The notes under the pieces were generated by a model that did no database searches, was not told where the DNA came from, and saw only the letters and a list, made by a program, of their open reading frames with translations. DNA of 64,000 bases from an uncultured bacterium. GTDB lineage: Bacteria > Verrucomicrobiota > Verrucomicrobiia > Limisphaerales > UBA8199. Where the stretch lies: assembly GCA_963749495.1 (NCBI GenBank), contig CAVVMW010000021.1:864001-928000 (forward strand). Direction: 5' to 3'. Positions 1 to 11,200 of the stretch are shown here, one piece after another (within the stretch, counting starts at the first letter, position 1; each line of letters begins with the position of its first letter). Position numbers and translations under genes: made by a program.

Positions 1-121
1 GCAAGGCCTTGGAAGGGCTCCCACCTCTTGCCCCATTCGAGCGTGGTGGCGGCGAGTTTGGGGCGCTCGGTCTTCCGGGTAAAGGCCGAGACCAGGAACA
101 GGATCAGCGTAATCGCCAGTG
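1..121 (-). pseudogene. Duplicated fragment of the 3' part of the SSS transporter gene (direct repeat of 6659..6779)
   Basis: 1..121 aligns to 6659..6779 with 5 mismatches by eye (LAITLILFLVSAFTRKTE.KLAATTLEWGKRWEPFQGL). Homology stops near 122; the copy may continue left of the window. Confidence 0.85.
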
Positions 122-235
122 CTCTCCACGGCCATCGCGCGGGTCGGCGCCGCCACCCAGAAGTTCGTGATCGAGGTGCGGCAGGGCGGCATCGAACGCG
201 AGAAGGGCGCGCTCCGATGAAGCTGCGCCAAGCCC

Positions 236-1654
236 TCATCGCGCTTGCACTGCGCGGAAGAATCCGGCCGGGCCGCTAATCGGAATGGTCACCCGCTGCA
301 GCCCGGGTGGCGCCAGGTTTTGGACCGGCATCCACGGACCCTGGACGGTGGGCGCCCATTCGAGGGTGTACGCCCCCGCGGGAGCCGGCCAGCTAACTTG
401 CACGGCCCGGGCAATGGTGAGCTGCGGCACTTCATAGGTCCGGAGTTCAAGGTTGGCGTAGGTGACCTCCAGCGTTGGCTGTGTGCCGTCGGTGTATTGC
501 CAGGCGTCCAGGCATACCGCATCGCCGGAGGTGATGGGCGCGTCGGCCACGTCGGGGACGATGTCCAGGTTCATGCCGGACAAAGCCAGCAGTTCCGCGC
601 TCGTGAGGGTGGGGTCGGCTTGTGGGGTATCCAGAACGCTGCGCTGATAGAGGACTGCCTCTTGGTTATCCTTGTCCAACACGCGGGCGGTGACCACGAG
701 ATTGGGCTGCTCCTGCGTCAGCGCGAGGGAAAGGACGACATTGGTGTTCTTGATCGCCGTCTTCTCGTAAAAGAACACGGCCATGCCCGAGCCCACCCAT
801 TTGCCCAACTCGACGAAATCCCGGCCTTTATAGAGGATGTAAATCTGATTCCTGGCATAGTTTGCCGGCACGATAGCGGCTGCGTTGGTGGCGTTGTCGC
901 TCATGCCAACCAAGTTGACCCGCCATTCCAGCGTGCGGTCGTTGGGGACACTCCAGCCCTGGTTCAACACACCCCAGGCGTAGGTGTCCGCATGCGCATA
1001 GGTAGCGAAGGACCATTGGCCGCGCACGGTGAACTGCTGGTTGGCCTCGAGCAGAGGGTAATAAGTGCCTGTTCCTTCCCAGCGCCAGCCCGTCGGTGTA
1101 TTACCGTGGAAGTCGTCCACGACCTCGCTGGTGTTCACCGGAGCCGGGTTGATCATGTCTTGGTAAATGTAGGGCACAGTGAGGTCGAGAGGGTTCTTGG
1201 CGGGTCCGCGCGTCATCGTCTCCTCCAGGCGCAGCCCCTCGATGGCGCCACCGGAACCGTAGCCGGCCAGGCTCAGTTGCAGGCTGTAGTCGAGTTGCAT
1301 GACCCCGTGATAATTGATTATCCACACCTCGCCGTTGGGCGTGAAGTTGGTGTTGCTATCGAAAGCGCCGACCTGCTGGTAGGCGGTGCCCCAGATGAGG
1401 GCTGTGCCATCGGCCTGGTAAGCCCCGTCCGCGAAGACCAGGCGCTGGCCGCTCAGGCGGGCGTCGGTGCTGTCCACCCGCACCAGGTGCGCGTTGCCGC
1501 GCAACAGGATTTGGCCGGCGTTATTGGTGTGAACAATCGGCGGGACGGGGATGGCCGTGATCCAGCCGGTGGATGTCGAGTTGGCAGCCGCCGCTGGCAA
1601 TGCTGCCAGGAGCAGTACCGCCGAGACGGCGTAAGTGAGTTTCGAGTTCCTCAT
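236..1654 (-). CDS. Secreted hypothetical protein with PVC-type C-terminal domain
   Basis: Signal-peptide-like MRNSKLTYAVSAVLLLAALPAAAA (ATG at 1654); beta-rich body; C-terminus VQVSWP...LEWAPTVQGPW...FFRAVQ. Confidence 0.75.
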   Translation of the reverse strand: MRNSKLTYAVSAVLLLAALPAAAANSTSTGWITAIPVPPIVHTNNAGQILLRGNAHLVRVDSTDARLSGQRLVFADGAYQADGTALIWGTAYQQVGAFDSNTNFTPNGEVWIINYHGVMQLDYSLQLSLAGYGSGGAIEGLRLEETMTRGPAKNPLDLTVPYIYQDMINPAPVNTSEVVDDFHGNTPTGWRWEGTGTYYPLLEANQQFTVRGQWSFATYAHADTYAWGVLNQGWSVPNDRTLEWRVNLVGMSDNATNAAAIVPANYARNQIYILYKGRDFVELGKWVGSGMAVFFYEKTAIKNTNVVLSLALTQEQPNLVVTARVLDKDNQEAVLYQRSVLDTPQADPTLTSAELLALSGMNLDIVPDVADAPITSGDAVCLDAWQYTDGTQPTLEVTYANLELRTYEVPQLTIARAVQVSWPAPAGAYTLEWAPTVQGPWMPVQNLAPPGLQRVTIPISGPAGFFRAVQAR

Positions 1655-1710
1655 AAGCAAGGTTGTTGTTAGCGTTTTGTTGTCGGCCCAGATCGGGCAC
1701 CAGGCCGCAT

Positions 1711-1748
1711 TCACCCCGGTTCTACAACGAAAGAGGGCAAACGTTACA
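1711..1748 (-). promoter_or_regulatory. Putative ECF sigma promoter (TGTAAC-N17-GTAGAA)
   Basis: Minus strand TGTAAC-17 nt-GTAGAACCGGGGTGA. A matching motif with identical spacing lies at 5599..5635. Confidence 0.55.
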
Positions 1749-1760
1749 GTAACTGTTCAG

Positions 1761-1877
1761 GTGGGGCAGACCTCTGGTCTGCCGGTCAGAGGGGCCTCTG
1801 GCCCCGAGTCTTGCACCTGCCAAACACACGGAGCCGGAGGCTCTGTGGACCCGCAGACCGGGAGGTCTGCCCCGCAC
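1761..1877. repeat. REP doublet / REPIN-like inverted repeat
   Basis: GTGGGGCAGACCTCTGGTCTGC ... GCAGACCGGGAGGTCTGCCCCGCAC: two inverted imperfect palindromes. Confidence 0.7.
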
Positions 1878-2215
1878 CTGAACTGGCCGCTGGTCACGCC
1901 GATGAAAACCACCTGGCCGAAGGGAAGACCGGCCTTAAGCCCGTACCACACCGCGGTAAACCGGGCGGTGTCATGCCCTGTCATTACGGCCTGGCCCACC
2001 AGGGGGCTGACGTATTCGAGATCAGCAAAAAGGCCGGGCTGGATCACCGATGGCCGGACCGGCACCTGGATCGAGCCGGAGATGGCTGCCCGTCTGCCGG
2101 AGGGGTCCGGTGACATGGTATAGGTCCACTGCAGTGGCGTTCCTGGTACTTTCGCGATCCACGCCCCCTCCAGGCGGGCCGACTCGTGATCGGGATCGGT
2201 CCAAGGGAGTTGGTC
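1878..2215 (-). pseudogene. Fragment of a hypothetical protein gene, truncated by the REP element
   Basis: Protein-like stretch LEGAWIAKVPGTPLQWTYTMSPD...VVFIGVTSGQF inside ORF 1757..2374 runs directly into REP-derived sequence; no clear start. Confidence 0.45.
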
Positions 2216-2246
2216 CGGTCCTGGATTTTCCTGCCAACTCAGCCTG

Positions 2247-5200
2247 TTATGGAGTCGCCTCTCCTTGTTCCACGGCCCCGATTTCTTCCCACGAGGGGGC
2301 GCGCCAAAGGTGGGCGAGACCACCCATGGACGTGGCGGCCAGCGTGTTGCCGTCAGGGGAAAAAGTGAGGTCATGGAAGCAGAGTCCCTCGGCCTGCAAC
2401 GACAGGAGTTCTCTGTGCGCGGCCACGTCCCACAGTTTCACGGCATCTCTGGAACTCAGGCCACCCGTAGCCAACCGGCGGCCATCCGGCGAGAGCGCCC
2501 CGCCGAAGATGCACCCCAGATGACCCCGCAGCGGCGCCACTTCCCGCCGGGCGACCACATCCCACAGCCTGGCGGAACCATCCATGCTGGTCGAGGCCAG
2601 CAGGCGGCCATCCGGCGAGAAATGCATGCTACTCACAGCCCCACTGTGGTTGGTGAACGCAACCTCGATCTGTTCCGAGGGAAAGCGGAAGAGCTTCACG
2701 GCGCCGTTGAGATATCCGGCCGCCAGAAGCCGGTCGTCCGGTGAAAACTCGGCCGCCCACAAACCGCCAAACTGCCTTCCCGTCAGGGGCACCTCCTTCC
2801 AACCGCTGGTTCGCCAGAGGCCGAGGCGCGCCGTCTGATCATTGCGAACAGCGCGGGCGATGAAGTAGCGGCCACTGCGGGAGAAGCGCAGCTCCCCGAA
2901 CCACTCGAAGGGAAAGGCGAAGTTGGTGACCGCGCGGCGACACGTCCAATCCCAGACGGCGAGCGTTCCCGAAGTTTTGCCCGCAGCCAGCCAGCGGCCA
3001 TCGGGCGAGAGCGCTGCACTCCAGTGATTGCTGCCCAAGGCGGGCAGGTTCTCCGTAATGCGGAGGGACCGCGCATCCCGGAGCGCGAGCGAGCCGTTGG
3101 TGTCGGGGGTGATGACGCCGCGGGAGTTCGGCGTAAACCCAAAGCCGGACCGGCGCACCACCCTCGGGTCGAGCGCATTGGTCGCGAAGCTTTCCGCCCC
3201 AAGCCCAGCCGGAGAGCCAATCCCGAAAGAGACTCTCAGTTGGGTGTGGATGGGCTCTCTGCTGCTGGCGGACGCATCCCAGAAACGGACCGATCCCCCT
3301 GCGTCTCCAGTCACCAGGGTGCGGCCGTCGGGCAGCAGGACCATCGCGGCCAGCCCCCGGGAGCTCCGCAGACAGCGACGCTCGGTGCGGTCAGCGACGC
3401 TCCAGATCCGAAGGGTCCCGTCATAGCTCGCTGAGGCCAACTGCTGTCCATCCGGCGTGAAAGCCAGTGCCGTGACGGAATCTGTATGGTTGGTCAACTG
3501 CCCCCGAGGTTCGCCGGAGCGGGCGTCCCAGAGGCAGATGGTTCCGATGTTGTAGGCAAAGCCGGCCCGAGGAATTCAGAGGCGGGCGAAAAGGCCAGGG
3601 TCATGACGCCGAAACCGGGTGGGACCTGGAGCGGCATGAAGGTCCCCGTCCGCAGGTCGAGGAGCCGAATTTGACCGTGGTCCTCCCCGATGGCCAGCCG
3701 GTTGCCGTCGGGTGAGAAGGCCACAACGCCGGTGCGTCCCTGTCGAGGTCGCGACACCGTGAAGTTGGTGAGGATCTGGCCGGAGGTCCAGTCAACCACC
3801 TTGACGCCCCCGCGATTATCGAACGTGGCCAGCAGCCTGCCGTCCGGAGAAAAGCCCACGGACCTGATTCGAGCCTCGTATTTGAGCGTCCTGGTTGCTC
3901 TGCCTGCCTTCGGGTCCCATAGGGCTATCCCAGCTTGTCCAGTCGCATCCAAAGTGCCCGCGGCCAAAAGATTGTCCGCCGGGGAAAAAGCCAGGGCTCC
4001 ACTTGCACCGGAGGAGAGCTCTTCATCTGGCAGGTGGTTGTCGGCCGGGGAAAAAGCCAGGGCTCCGGTTGTGGCGGTCGGCAACCCCGCTAGTGGCCGT
4101 CTGGTGGTCAAATCCCACAGCGCGACCTGGCCTCCCGTCGCCAGCGCCAGTAGCCTGCCATCTTTCGAGACGGCCATTGCCGGGATAGGGCCTGGATACC
4201 GGTGCAGCGTGGATGACTCGTCACCTTGGCAGAGCCGCCACAGGTAGCGCCATTCCCAGCCGCGCAAATCAATCTCCGATTTCCGATTTCGGATTTCGGA
4301 TTTCCCCCCTGGCCGGTGTTGTTCCAGCAAGCTCACCGCGAGCCCGGGCCTGTTATCGGCAAGGGCAAGTTGAGCCAGGTGCATGTCGGCAGCGTAAGTA
4401 CTCTGGCGCGCGAACCGTTCTCGGGCATCGGCCCGGGCACGTTCGGATTCCGCCCGGCGCCATTGCCAGGCCACGCCCGCCAGGCCGATCAGCAGGCTCA
4501 AGAAAGCGGCGGCGACGGCTGTGGCCAGGCGCGGGTTGCGCCGGCACCAGCGCCAGGCCTTGCCGGCAGCCCCGATGGGCCTGGCGAGCACCGGCTGGCC
4601 GTCGAGAAAGCGGCCCAACTCGTCCGCCAGCATCTGCGCCGTGGCGTAGCGCTTGCCAGGTTCCTTTTCCAGGCACTTCAGGCAAATCGTCTCCAGGTCC
4701 TGCGGAATGCTCGGGTTGAGCAGGCGCGGTGGAACCGGATCGATTTCGATGACCTGTTTCAAGAGCGTCGTCAGTGTCTCCGCCTGAAACGGCGGCTGGC
4801 GAGTGAGCAGGTGATAAAGTAGCGCGCCCAGGGAATACACCTCCGTGGGGAGCCCGATGGCTTGCAGGCGCCCCTCCGCCTGCTCCGGCGCCATGAAATT
4901 AGGCGAGCCCAGTACCTGCCCGGTCAACGTCATGTCCGAATCCACAGTCAGCCGCTTGGCCAGCCCGAAATCGGTAATGCGAGGCTGATCCGACCGGTCA
5001 ATGAGAATATTGGATGGCTTGAGGTCGCGGTGGAGGATTCCGTGCTGGTGGGCATAGTGCACCGCCTCGGCGATGGTCTTGAGGTAACTCGCCGCCCGTC
5101 TGGCCGGCAAGGGTTTCTCCCGCACCACCTCGGCCAGCGTCTGCCCTTCGATAAAGTCCATCGAAAAGTAGTGCTGGCCCTCCTGTTCCCCAACGTCGTG

Positions 5201-5572
5201 GATGGCGACGATGTGCGGGTGCTGCAAACCGGCAGCCGCAGCGGCCTCGGTTTGAAAGCGCTGCACCACGTCCTCGCGGCTGAACTGGCCGAAGGGGAGC
5301 AGCTTGAGGGCCACGATGCGGTCCAGGTTGACCTGCCTGGCCTTATACACCACCCCCATGCCGCCCTGGCCGACTTTCTCGAGCAGCTCGTAATTTCCAA
5401 ACCTCTGGCCGGTCATCCCGAGCGCCCGCCCTCCGCCCTCCGCCCTCCGTCCTCCGTCCTCCGGCTCCGCCCCCGCCAACGCTTCCCTCAGCAGACAACT
5501 CGGGCAGTACCCGCTCGAGGTCGATTCGGCCAGCTCAGCTCTACAGCGACCGCATATTCGGCCAACGGCCAT
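2247..5572 (-). CDS. Hanks-type Ser/Thr kinase with TM helix and C-terminal WD40 repeats (one frameshift near 3570)
   Basis: N-terminal CxxC...CxxC; GQGGMGVVY, HRDLKPSN, DFGLAK, APE motifs; WEWRYL; WD40 repeats continue in ORF 2247..3497 after a 1-nt shift. Confidence 0.9.
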
Positions 5573-5598
5573 AGTTTGCCTTTCTCTCCAGTCTCACA

Positions 5599-5635
5599 TC
5601 ACCCCGTTCTACAGCAAAACTCTCCGGGCGTTACC
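5599..5635 (-). promoter_or_regulatory. Putative ECF sigma promoter (GGTAAC-N17-GTAGAA) upstream of the kinase
   Basis: Minus strand GGTAAC-17 nt-GTAGAACGGGGTGA, about 27 nt upstream of the kinase ATG; matches 1711..1748. Confidence 0.55.
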
Positions 5636-5738
5636 AACCACGATAACAACCCGCCCGGGAGCGTGGGGCGCGTCACGGCTTCAGGGCGTTCTCCCCTGCT
5701 CTACGGTCCGGGCCGCACTGCAAGCTGCGGGCTACGGC

Positions 5739-6503
5739 TCAGTTCTTTCCGCTCACCGCCCTTATCAAGCATCTCACCTCCTCATCCACCTCCTCGGGCG
5801 TAGCGACGGTTTGCGCGACCTCCGTTTTCAGCAGCTCGCGGTAGCGCTTGCGCAGGCGGTGTACGGCCACACGGACCGCGCCTTGGCTCATACCCAGGCT
5901 TTCGCCGACTACCGCGTAAGAGCCTGGGCCGGACGAGCTGTCGCCGCCCCAGAGCGACGAGGCCAGTTCTCCAAACAAGCGTTCCTTCCCCCCGCGCGTG
6001 TACTCCTCTCGCAACGAAGCCAGCACTTGATCCAGCAGGGTGATAGCCCAGCGGTGTTCATACGCGCGCTCCGGGGTCGCCGCGGTCACCGGCTCAAGCG
6101 CATAGCGTCGTTCGCCGTTCGCAGCGTCCAGGGAAAGGAAAGTGGCGCCCCCGCCGCGCTTTATCCGTTGGGCGCGTTTCCATTCGTTGGTCAAGAAATG
6201 CTCGAGCGCGTGGAGGAGGAAGGTGCGGAACCGGCCCCGCCTGGGATCGGCCAGCCGGAAGTATTCGTGCTGGAGCAGCACCGCGAAGAACTGCTGGGTG
6301 AGGTCCTCCGCGTCCTCCGGGCCATAGCCGCGGCGTCGAACATAGACGTAGAGCGGATACCAATAAGTGCGACAGAGTTGTTCCAGGGCGGCAGCGGATT
6401 GCGGCGTATCCTGCTGGCCCGCCGCCAGCACCACGCTCCAATGCGTCGTCGCGAACACGCCCCCGGGCGCCTGGGGTTCGGAATTTGAATCTTCCGTCCG
6501 CAC
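5739..6503 (-). CDS. ECF-type sigma-70 factor, kinase-associated PVC type
   Basis: FATTHWSVVLAA, YWYPLYVYVRR, DAEDLTQQFF, GRFRTFL and a region-4 HTH (AVRVAVHRLRKRY). Start uncertain (GTG at 6503). Confidence 0.9.
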   Translation of the reverse strand: MRTEDSNSEPQAPGGVFATTHWSVVLAAGQQDTPQSAAALEQLCRTYWYPLYVYVRRRGYGPEDAEDLTQQFFAVLLQHEYFRLADPRRGRFRTFLLHALEHFLTNEWKRAQRIKRGGGATFLSLDAANGERRYALEPVTAATPERAYEHRWAITLLDQVLASLREEYTRGGKERLFGELASSLWGGDSSSGPGSYAVVGESLGMSQGAVRVAVHRLRKRYRELLKTEVAQTVATPEEVDEEVRCLIRAVSGKN

Positions 6504-6591
6504 GGGTCTATCTAACCCAATCCGGTTTGCATTGCACGCCGAATCGACGCGCCAAGAACAGTTACTGACCATCCCTTCGATTGTCCAGAGA

Positions 6592-8220
6592 TTACCACAT
6601 CCACCAATAAGCGGCGATGGTAATCACGCTGAGGATGGCCAGGTGGAGACGCCAATCGGAAAGGCCTTGGAAGGGCTCCCACCTCTTGCCCCATTCGAGT
6701 GTGGTGGCGGCGAGTTTGGCGGGCTCGGTCTTCCGGGTAAAGGCCGAGACCAGGAACAGGATCAGCGTGATCGCCAGTGTTCCCCAGAAACCCCGGTAGG
6801 TATAGTTCTCGGTCATCGGCCAGTGCAGCAGCGGAAACAACCTGGCCGCCAGGGCCTTGTCCTGGAGGAGCGCGTCGGCCACGAACACGCCCGAGATGGC
6901 GATGCCTGCAAAGAAAGACGCCGCCGCCCCGGCGAACGTCACGCGCCGGCTGAGAATGCCGAACACGATGGCGGGAGTCAGCGGCATGACCAGGTAGATG
7001 GAGATGGTCTGGAGGTATTTATAGACCCCTTCCGGTTGCCAGGCGATGATGCCGGCGGCGCCGACCCCGAGGAACATGGCCCCGACAATCGAGACCCGTC
7101 CGATCGCCACTTGCGCGGCCTCGCCGATGCCGGGCCGGAACCGCAGGACGAAGTCGCGGACCGCCATGGTCGAGATCGAGTTCATGACCGCGATCAAGGC
7201 GCTGAGCACGGCGCCCAGCAGGGCCGAGAGCACGTAACCGCGAATCCCGCTCGGCAGCAGGTTGTCAAGTATCCAGATGAAGGTGGCGCGGCTGTCCTTG
7301 ACGTTGATGTGCGGATGGAGCGCCAGCGCGATGACGCCGGGCAGGGCGAAGATGAACACCGGGGTCAGCTTGAGCAGCACGCCCAACATCGCGCCCCAGC
7401 GGGCCTGCTTCAGGTCCCTGGCCCCAAGCATCCTCTGGACATTGACCTGGTCCATGCCCCAGTAGAAGGTCCCCCCATAGACGGCGCCCAGAATGACCCC
7501 CCAGAAGGGATAGGTCGGGTCGGTCCACGGCTTGTGGATGTGCATCGCGTCCGGCACCGGGGTTTGCTGCACTATCTGGCAGAGCCCGCCCCATCCGCCC
7601 ACCTTGTGCAACCCGATGAAGAGCACCATGGCCGAGCCCGCGAGCATAATGGGCGAGTGAATGGCGTCCGTATAAGCCACGACGCCAAAGCCCCCGATGA
7701 TCGTGATGACAGCCGTCGTGATGCCCATGATCAAGACGCTCTGCATGACGCCCCAGCCCGTGACCGCCTGGAGCACCAGCGCACCCGCATACATGCAGAA
7801 GGCCATCTTGGTGACCACGCAGATGAAGAGCATCAGGCCCGAAAAACACATGCGCGCCTCGGGCCGGTAGCGGAGCTCGAGGAACTCCGGGATCGTGAAG
7901 ACCCGGTTCTTCATGTAGTAGGGCACCAGCACCGCCGCGGCGAAGCCCAGGCAAATCGCCGTGGTCAACTCGACGGTCCCGGCGCAGATGCCGTAGCGGT
8001 AAGCGTCCCCGGAGAGGCCGACCATGTGCTCGGCGCCGATGTTCGTCGCAAAGAGCGACGCCCCCACGATAGGCCAGGTGAGCGTTCGCCCGGCCAGGAA
8101 GAAACCGCTGCTGTCGGCCTTCTGCCGCGCTCGCAGGGCGAAGTAGAGCCCGAGCAAGACGTTGAAACCCAATGCCCCGATACAGACCACCCAATCAACT
8201 GGCGTCAAGGTAAGGCGCAT
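6592..8220 (-). CDS. Sodium:solute symporter (SSS family), probably a sugar transporter
   Basis: FFLAGRTLTW, SLFATNIGAEH, FTIPEFLELRY and DQVNVQRML motifs; many hydrophobic helices. Confidence 0.92.
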   Translation of the reverse strand: MRLTLTPVDWVVCIGALGFNVLLGLYFALRARQKADSSGFFLAGRTLTWPIVGASLFATNIGAEHMVGLSGDAYRYGICAGTVELTTAICLGFAAAVLVPYYMKNRVFTIPEFLELRYRPEARMCFSGLMLFICVVTKMAFCMYAGALVLQAVTGWGVMQSVLIMGITTAVITIIGGFGVVAYTDAIHSPIMLAGSAMVLFIGLHKVGGWGGLCQIVQQTPVPDAMHIHKPWTDPTYPFWGVILGAVYGGTFYWGMDQVNVQRMLGARDLKQARWGAMLGVLLKLTPVFIFALPGVIALALHPHINVKDSRATFIWILDNLLPSGIRGYVLSALLGAVLSALIAVMNSISTMAVRDFVLRFRPGIGEAAQVAIGRVSIVGAMFLGVGAAGIIAWQPEGVYKYLQTISIYLVMPLTPAIVFGILSRRVTFAGAAASFFAGIAISGVFVADALLQDKALAARLFPLLHWPMTENYTYRGFWGTLAITLILFLVSAFTRKTEPAKLAATTLEWGKRWEPFQGLSDWRLHLAILSVITIAAYWWMW

Positions 8221-8222
8221 GG

Positions 8223-11200
8223 CTATTTCTCGAGTGGGTTAAGGGTCGGAACGTTCCACGCCCCGACAGTTATCTTGAGGTCCTTCGGGCCGATCACCGT
8301 TGTCGGGCTGATCGGATCCAGGCCCCTCATATCGAGGCGGACGGTTCCTTCGACGGTGGCACTCTCGCCCGGCGCCAGCCAGAAATAACTGTCGCTCCAG
8401 ATGGCTGCGCAAGTCCCCGGACTAACAGAGAGCGTGACGGGATAGGCAGGGTTGGCGCCGGTGTTCCTGACCACGGCAGAGACGCGGGCTTCGGGACCCG
8501 CGACGCCAATCGGGCGAACTTCGAGGGACAAGGTTGTCGGGCAGCCGGCGAGTTGAGGCTTGAGCCACGGGCCATTCGTGCAGACGGGTTCCGGCACCGG
8601 GGCGGCCTGCCAACGCTTGCGGGCTTCGGCGTCGGCGAGAGACTTGAGGACCCTTTCCCAATAAACTTGCCGGGAGAGGCGTTTGCCGTCCTGGCCGGTG
8701 AGGGTCAGTTCCAGAAAGAAATAGCTTTCCGGAAGATCCGCCGGGATATCCCAGGCAAGATCCTCGGCTACGGGCAGCAGGTCCTTGCCGGTGGCTCCGA
8801 CGGTCACGTCCCAGGTTCTCTCGAAGGCGGTCTTGAGGCTGGCGTCGAGAATGCGGGCCTTGATGGAGCCCCGTTCGCCGGATTTCCGGTCGCTGAGGGT
8901 CAGAACCGAGGCGCGGAACGTGTCGCCGGGGCCCCAGGACCGAAAGCGTGTCCTGGCCATGACATGAACCGCCTCGTGGGCGCGCTTGCTGGTGTAATAA
9001 CTCGCCATCGGCTGGCCGAACCAGTCGATGAGGTTCCAGCTCGAGGATGGGCCGATGGTGTTATAGACCCACACGGTCTGGCCGCCTTTGTAAGGGAACT
9101 GCGCCCGCCATTGCTCGAAAACGCAGCCATAAACGTCCGCCTGGGCCATGCCGGCGTATTCGAGAAATTCGGTGAGGCCTGCCTTCGCGAGGTCGCCGTA
9201 CCAGGAGGCCTTGTTGAATGGATAGTGGCCCACGAAGTTGAGCTCGCAACTCCGGTCGGCCAGGATCGGGTGGTCCTGCACAAAGGCCTTCCAATCATAG
9301 CCGATCGGCTTGTTGCCCAGTTCAGCCTCGGGCACGATGCGTTTGATCAGAGACATGGCGGCGAAAGTATCAAACGACCACTCGGAGACGAAATTGTAGG
9401 CCTCGTCGTAGAGGGTGCCGTACCAGCTTGGATCGGCGCTGTAGATGTCCCAAGGGCCGTAGGCGTGCGCCGTGCCGCCGCCCGGCGAGGACATGCGGAA
9501 CGGGCGATTGTCATAGCCGTCGCAGATCTCGCGGAAGAGGTTGACCACCGGGGCCACTCCCGGCCCGTATGGATTGAACTCGTTGCCGCCGCAATAGACC
9601 GCCAGCGAGGGGTGCTGGCGGAGCCGCAGGACGCTCTGCGTAAGCTGATCGCGCCAGGCCGGAGGTGCCGCACCTGTTGTCGTGTGCCAGCAGAAGGGAA
9701 GTTCCTGCCAGACGAGAATCCCGTCTTCATCGCAGAGATTATAGAATTGTTCGGTTTCGAGAAGGTTGCAGCCGCCGTTGAGGCGGAAGAGGTTCAGGCC
9801 GGCCGCCTTGGCGGCGCCCAGCAGCCAGCGTTCCCGCTCCGGGCTGAGCACCAGGAGATCATCCGAGGTGAGCCAGCAGGCGCCTTTGGCATACATGGGA
9901 ACTCCATTAACGACGAACAGAAAGCGGTACGACTCGTCGGGGTTCTGCATCGCCCCCCACTCCAACGAGCCGGGCTCACCCCAGGCGATGCCCCTTGACC
10001 TCGGGGCCTTCGGCCAACTCGGGTTTCGCGCCAACTCGACCGTCCGGATGCCAAACCTCGAGGAAAGCGCATCGGTTTCACGGCCATTCACCGCCAGTGA
10101 GAGGTCCAGGCGATAAAGAGGTTGCACGCCTTCCCCTACCCCGTTGGGCCACCATAGCTTGGGATTCTCGAGCGAAATGGTCCGCTCGAACCAACTTTCC
10201 CCGCCAGGCGCGGCTTGGAGCGTCTCGGCTTGCCAGACGACGTTCCCGGTCTGCTGTTCCACAATCTTCGCCCGAATCGCCCCATCGGCAGCGGCGCCGC
10301 GGTTGACGATCATGGCTTGCGCGTGGAGCACGGCGCGGCCCGCTTCAAGTCTTTCGGTGCGCACGCAAGGTGCTTCGAGAAACGCCTGGCCCGTGCTCAC
10401 CAGCCGCACTGGCCGCCAGAGGCCGATGGTGCGGTAACGATTTCCCCACTGATAGCTGCTGCCGTCCACCGCCATCGACTTCATCACCGCGCTGAGCCCG
10501 CTCTGCGGCGCGGTTTCGTGGAGCAACTCGACGAGCAGTTCGTGCCTTCCGGGCACGAGGCGCCCGGTCAGGTCGAACGTCGGGCCGCCAAACATGCCCT
10601 CGTGGCTTCCAAGGAGGGTTCCATCCAGCCAAACGACACCGACGTAGTCCATCCCGTCAAAGGTGAGCCGGACCTGCCGATCCTGCCAGTCGGCGGGAAT
10701 GGTGACGGTCTTCCGCAGATACCAATCCTTCTGTGCAATCCACTGCAGCTTCTTGTAGTTGTCCGAGTACCAGGGGTTGTCGAGCTTTCCGGCCTGGAAA
10801 AGGGCGTGCTGAACAGTGTTCGGCATGTGGACTGGCGTCCAGGCGAGGCCTTGGACCGCGCCGGGAGCTCCGGCCGGATCGTCTGGGGCTTGAGCCAGCT
10901 CCCACTCGCCATCGAGGCTGATCTGGCCCTGTTCGCGGGCGGCCACCGGGATCAGGCTGAAGACCGGTGAACCAGCCACCGTCGCTTGCCGGACCGCCTT
11001 CAGGTCCGGGCCGGACTTGAGCACGGCCGCGTAGGCGGCGATTAGCCAATCGCGAACCTCCGGTCCGAGGGGCAATCCCCCGGCATAATGGACCACCACC
11101 CCGCGTCCGACCGCGTTCGCGTAGAGACACGGTTGTTTGGACTCGTTGCTGGCATAGACCAGGCCGGTGGGCGCGGCGGCGCGCGCGTAAGTGGAAGCGC

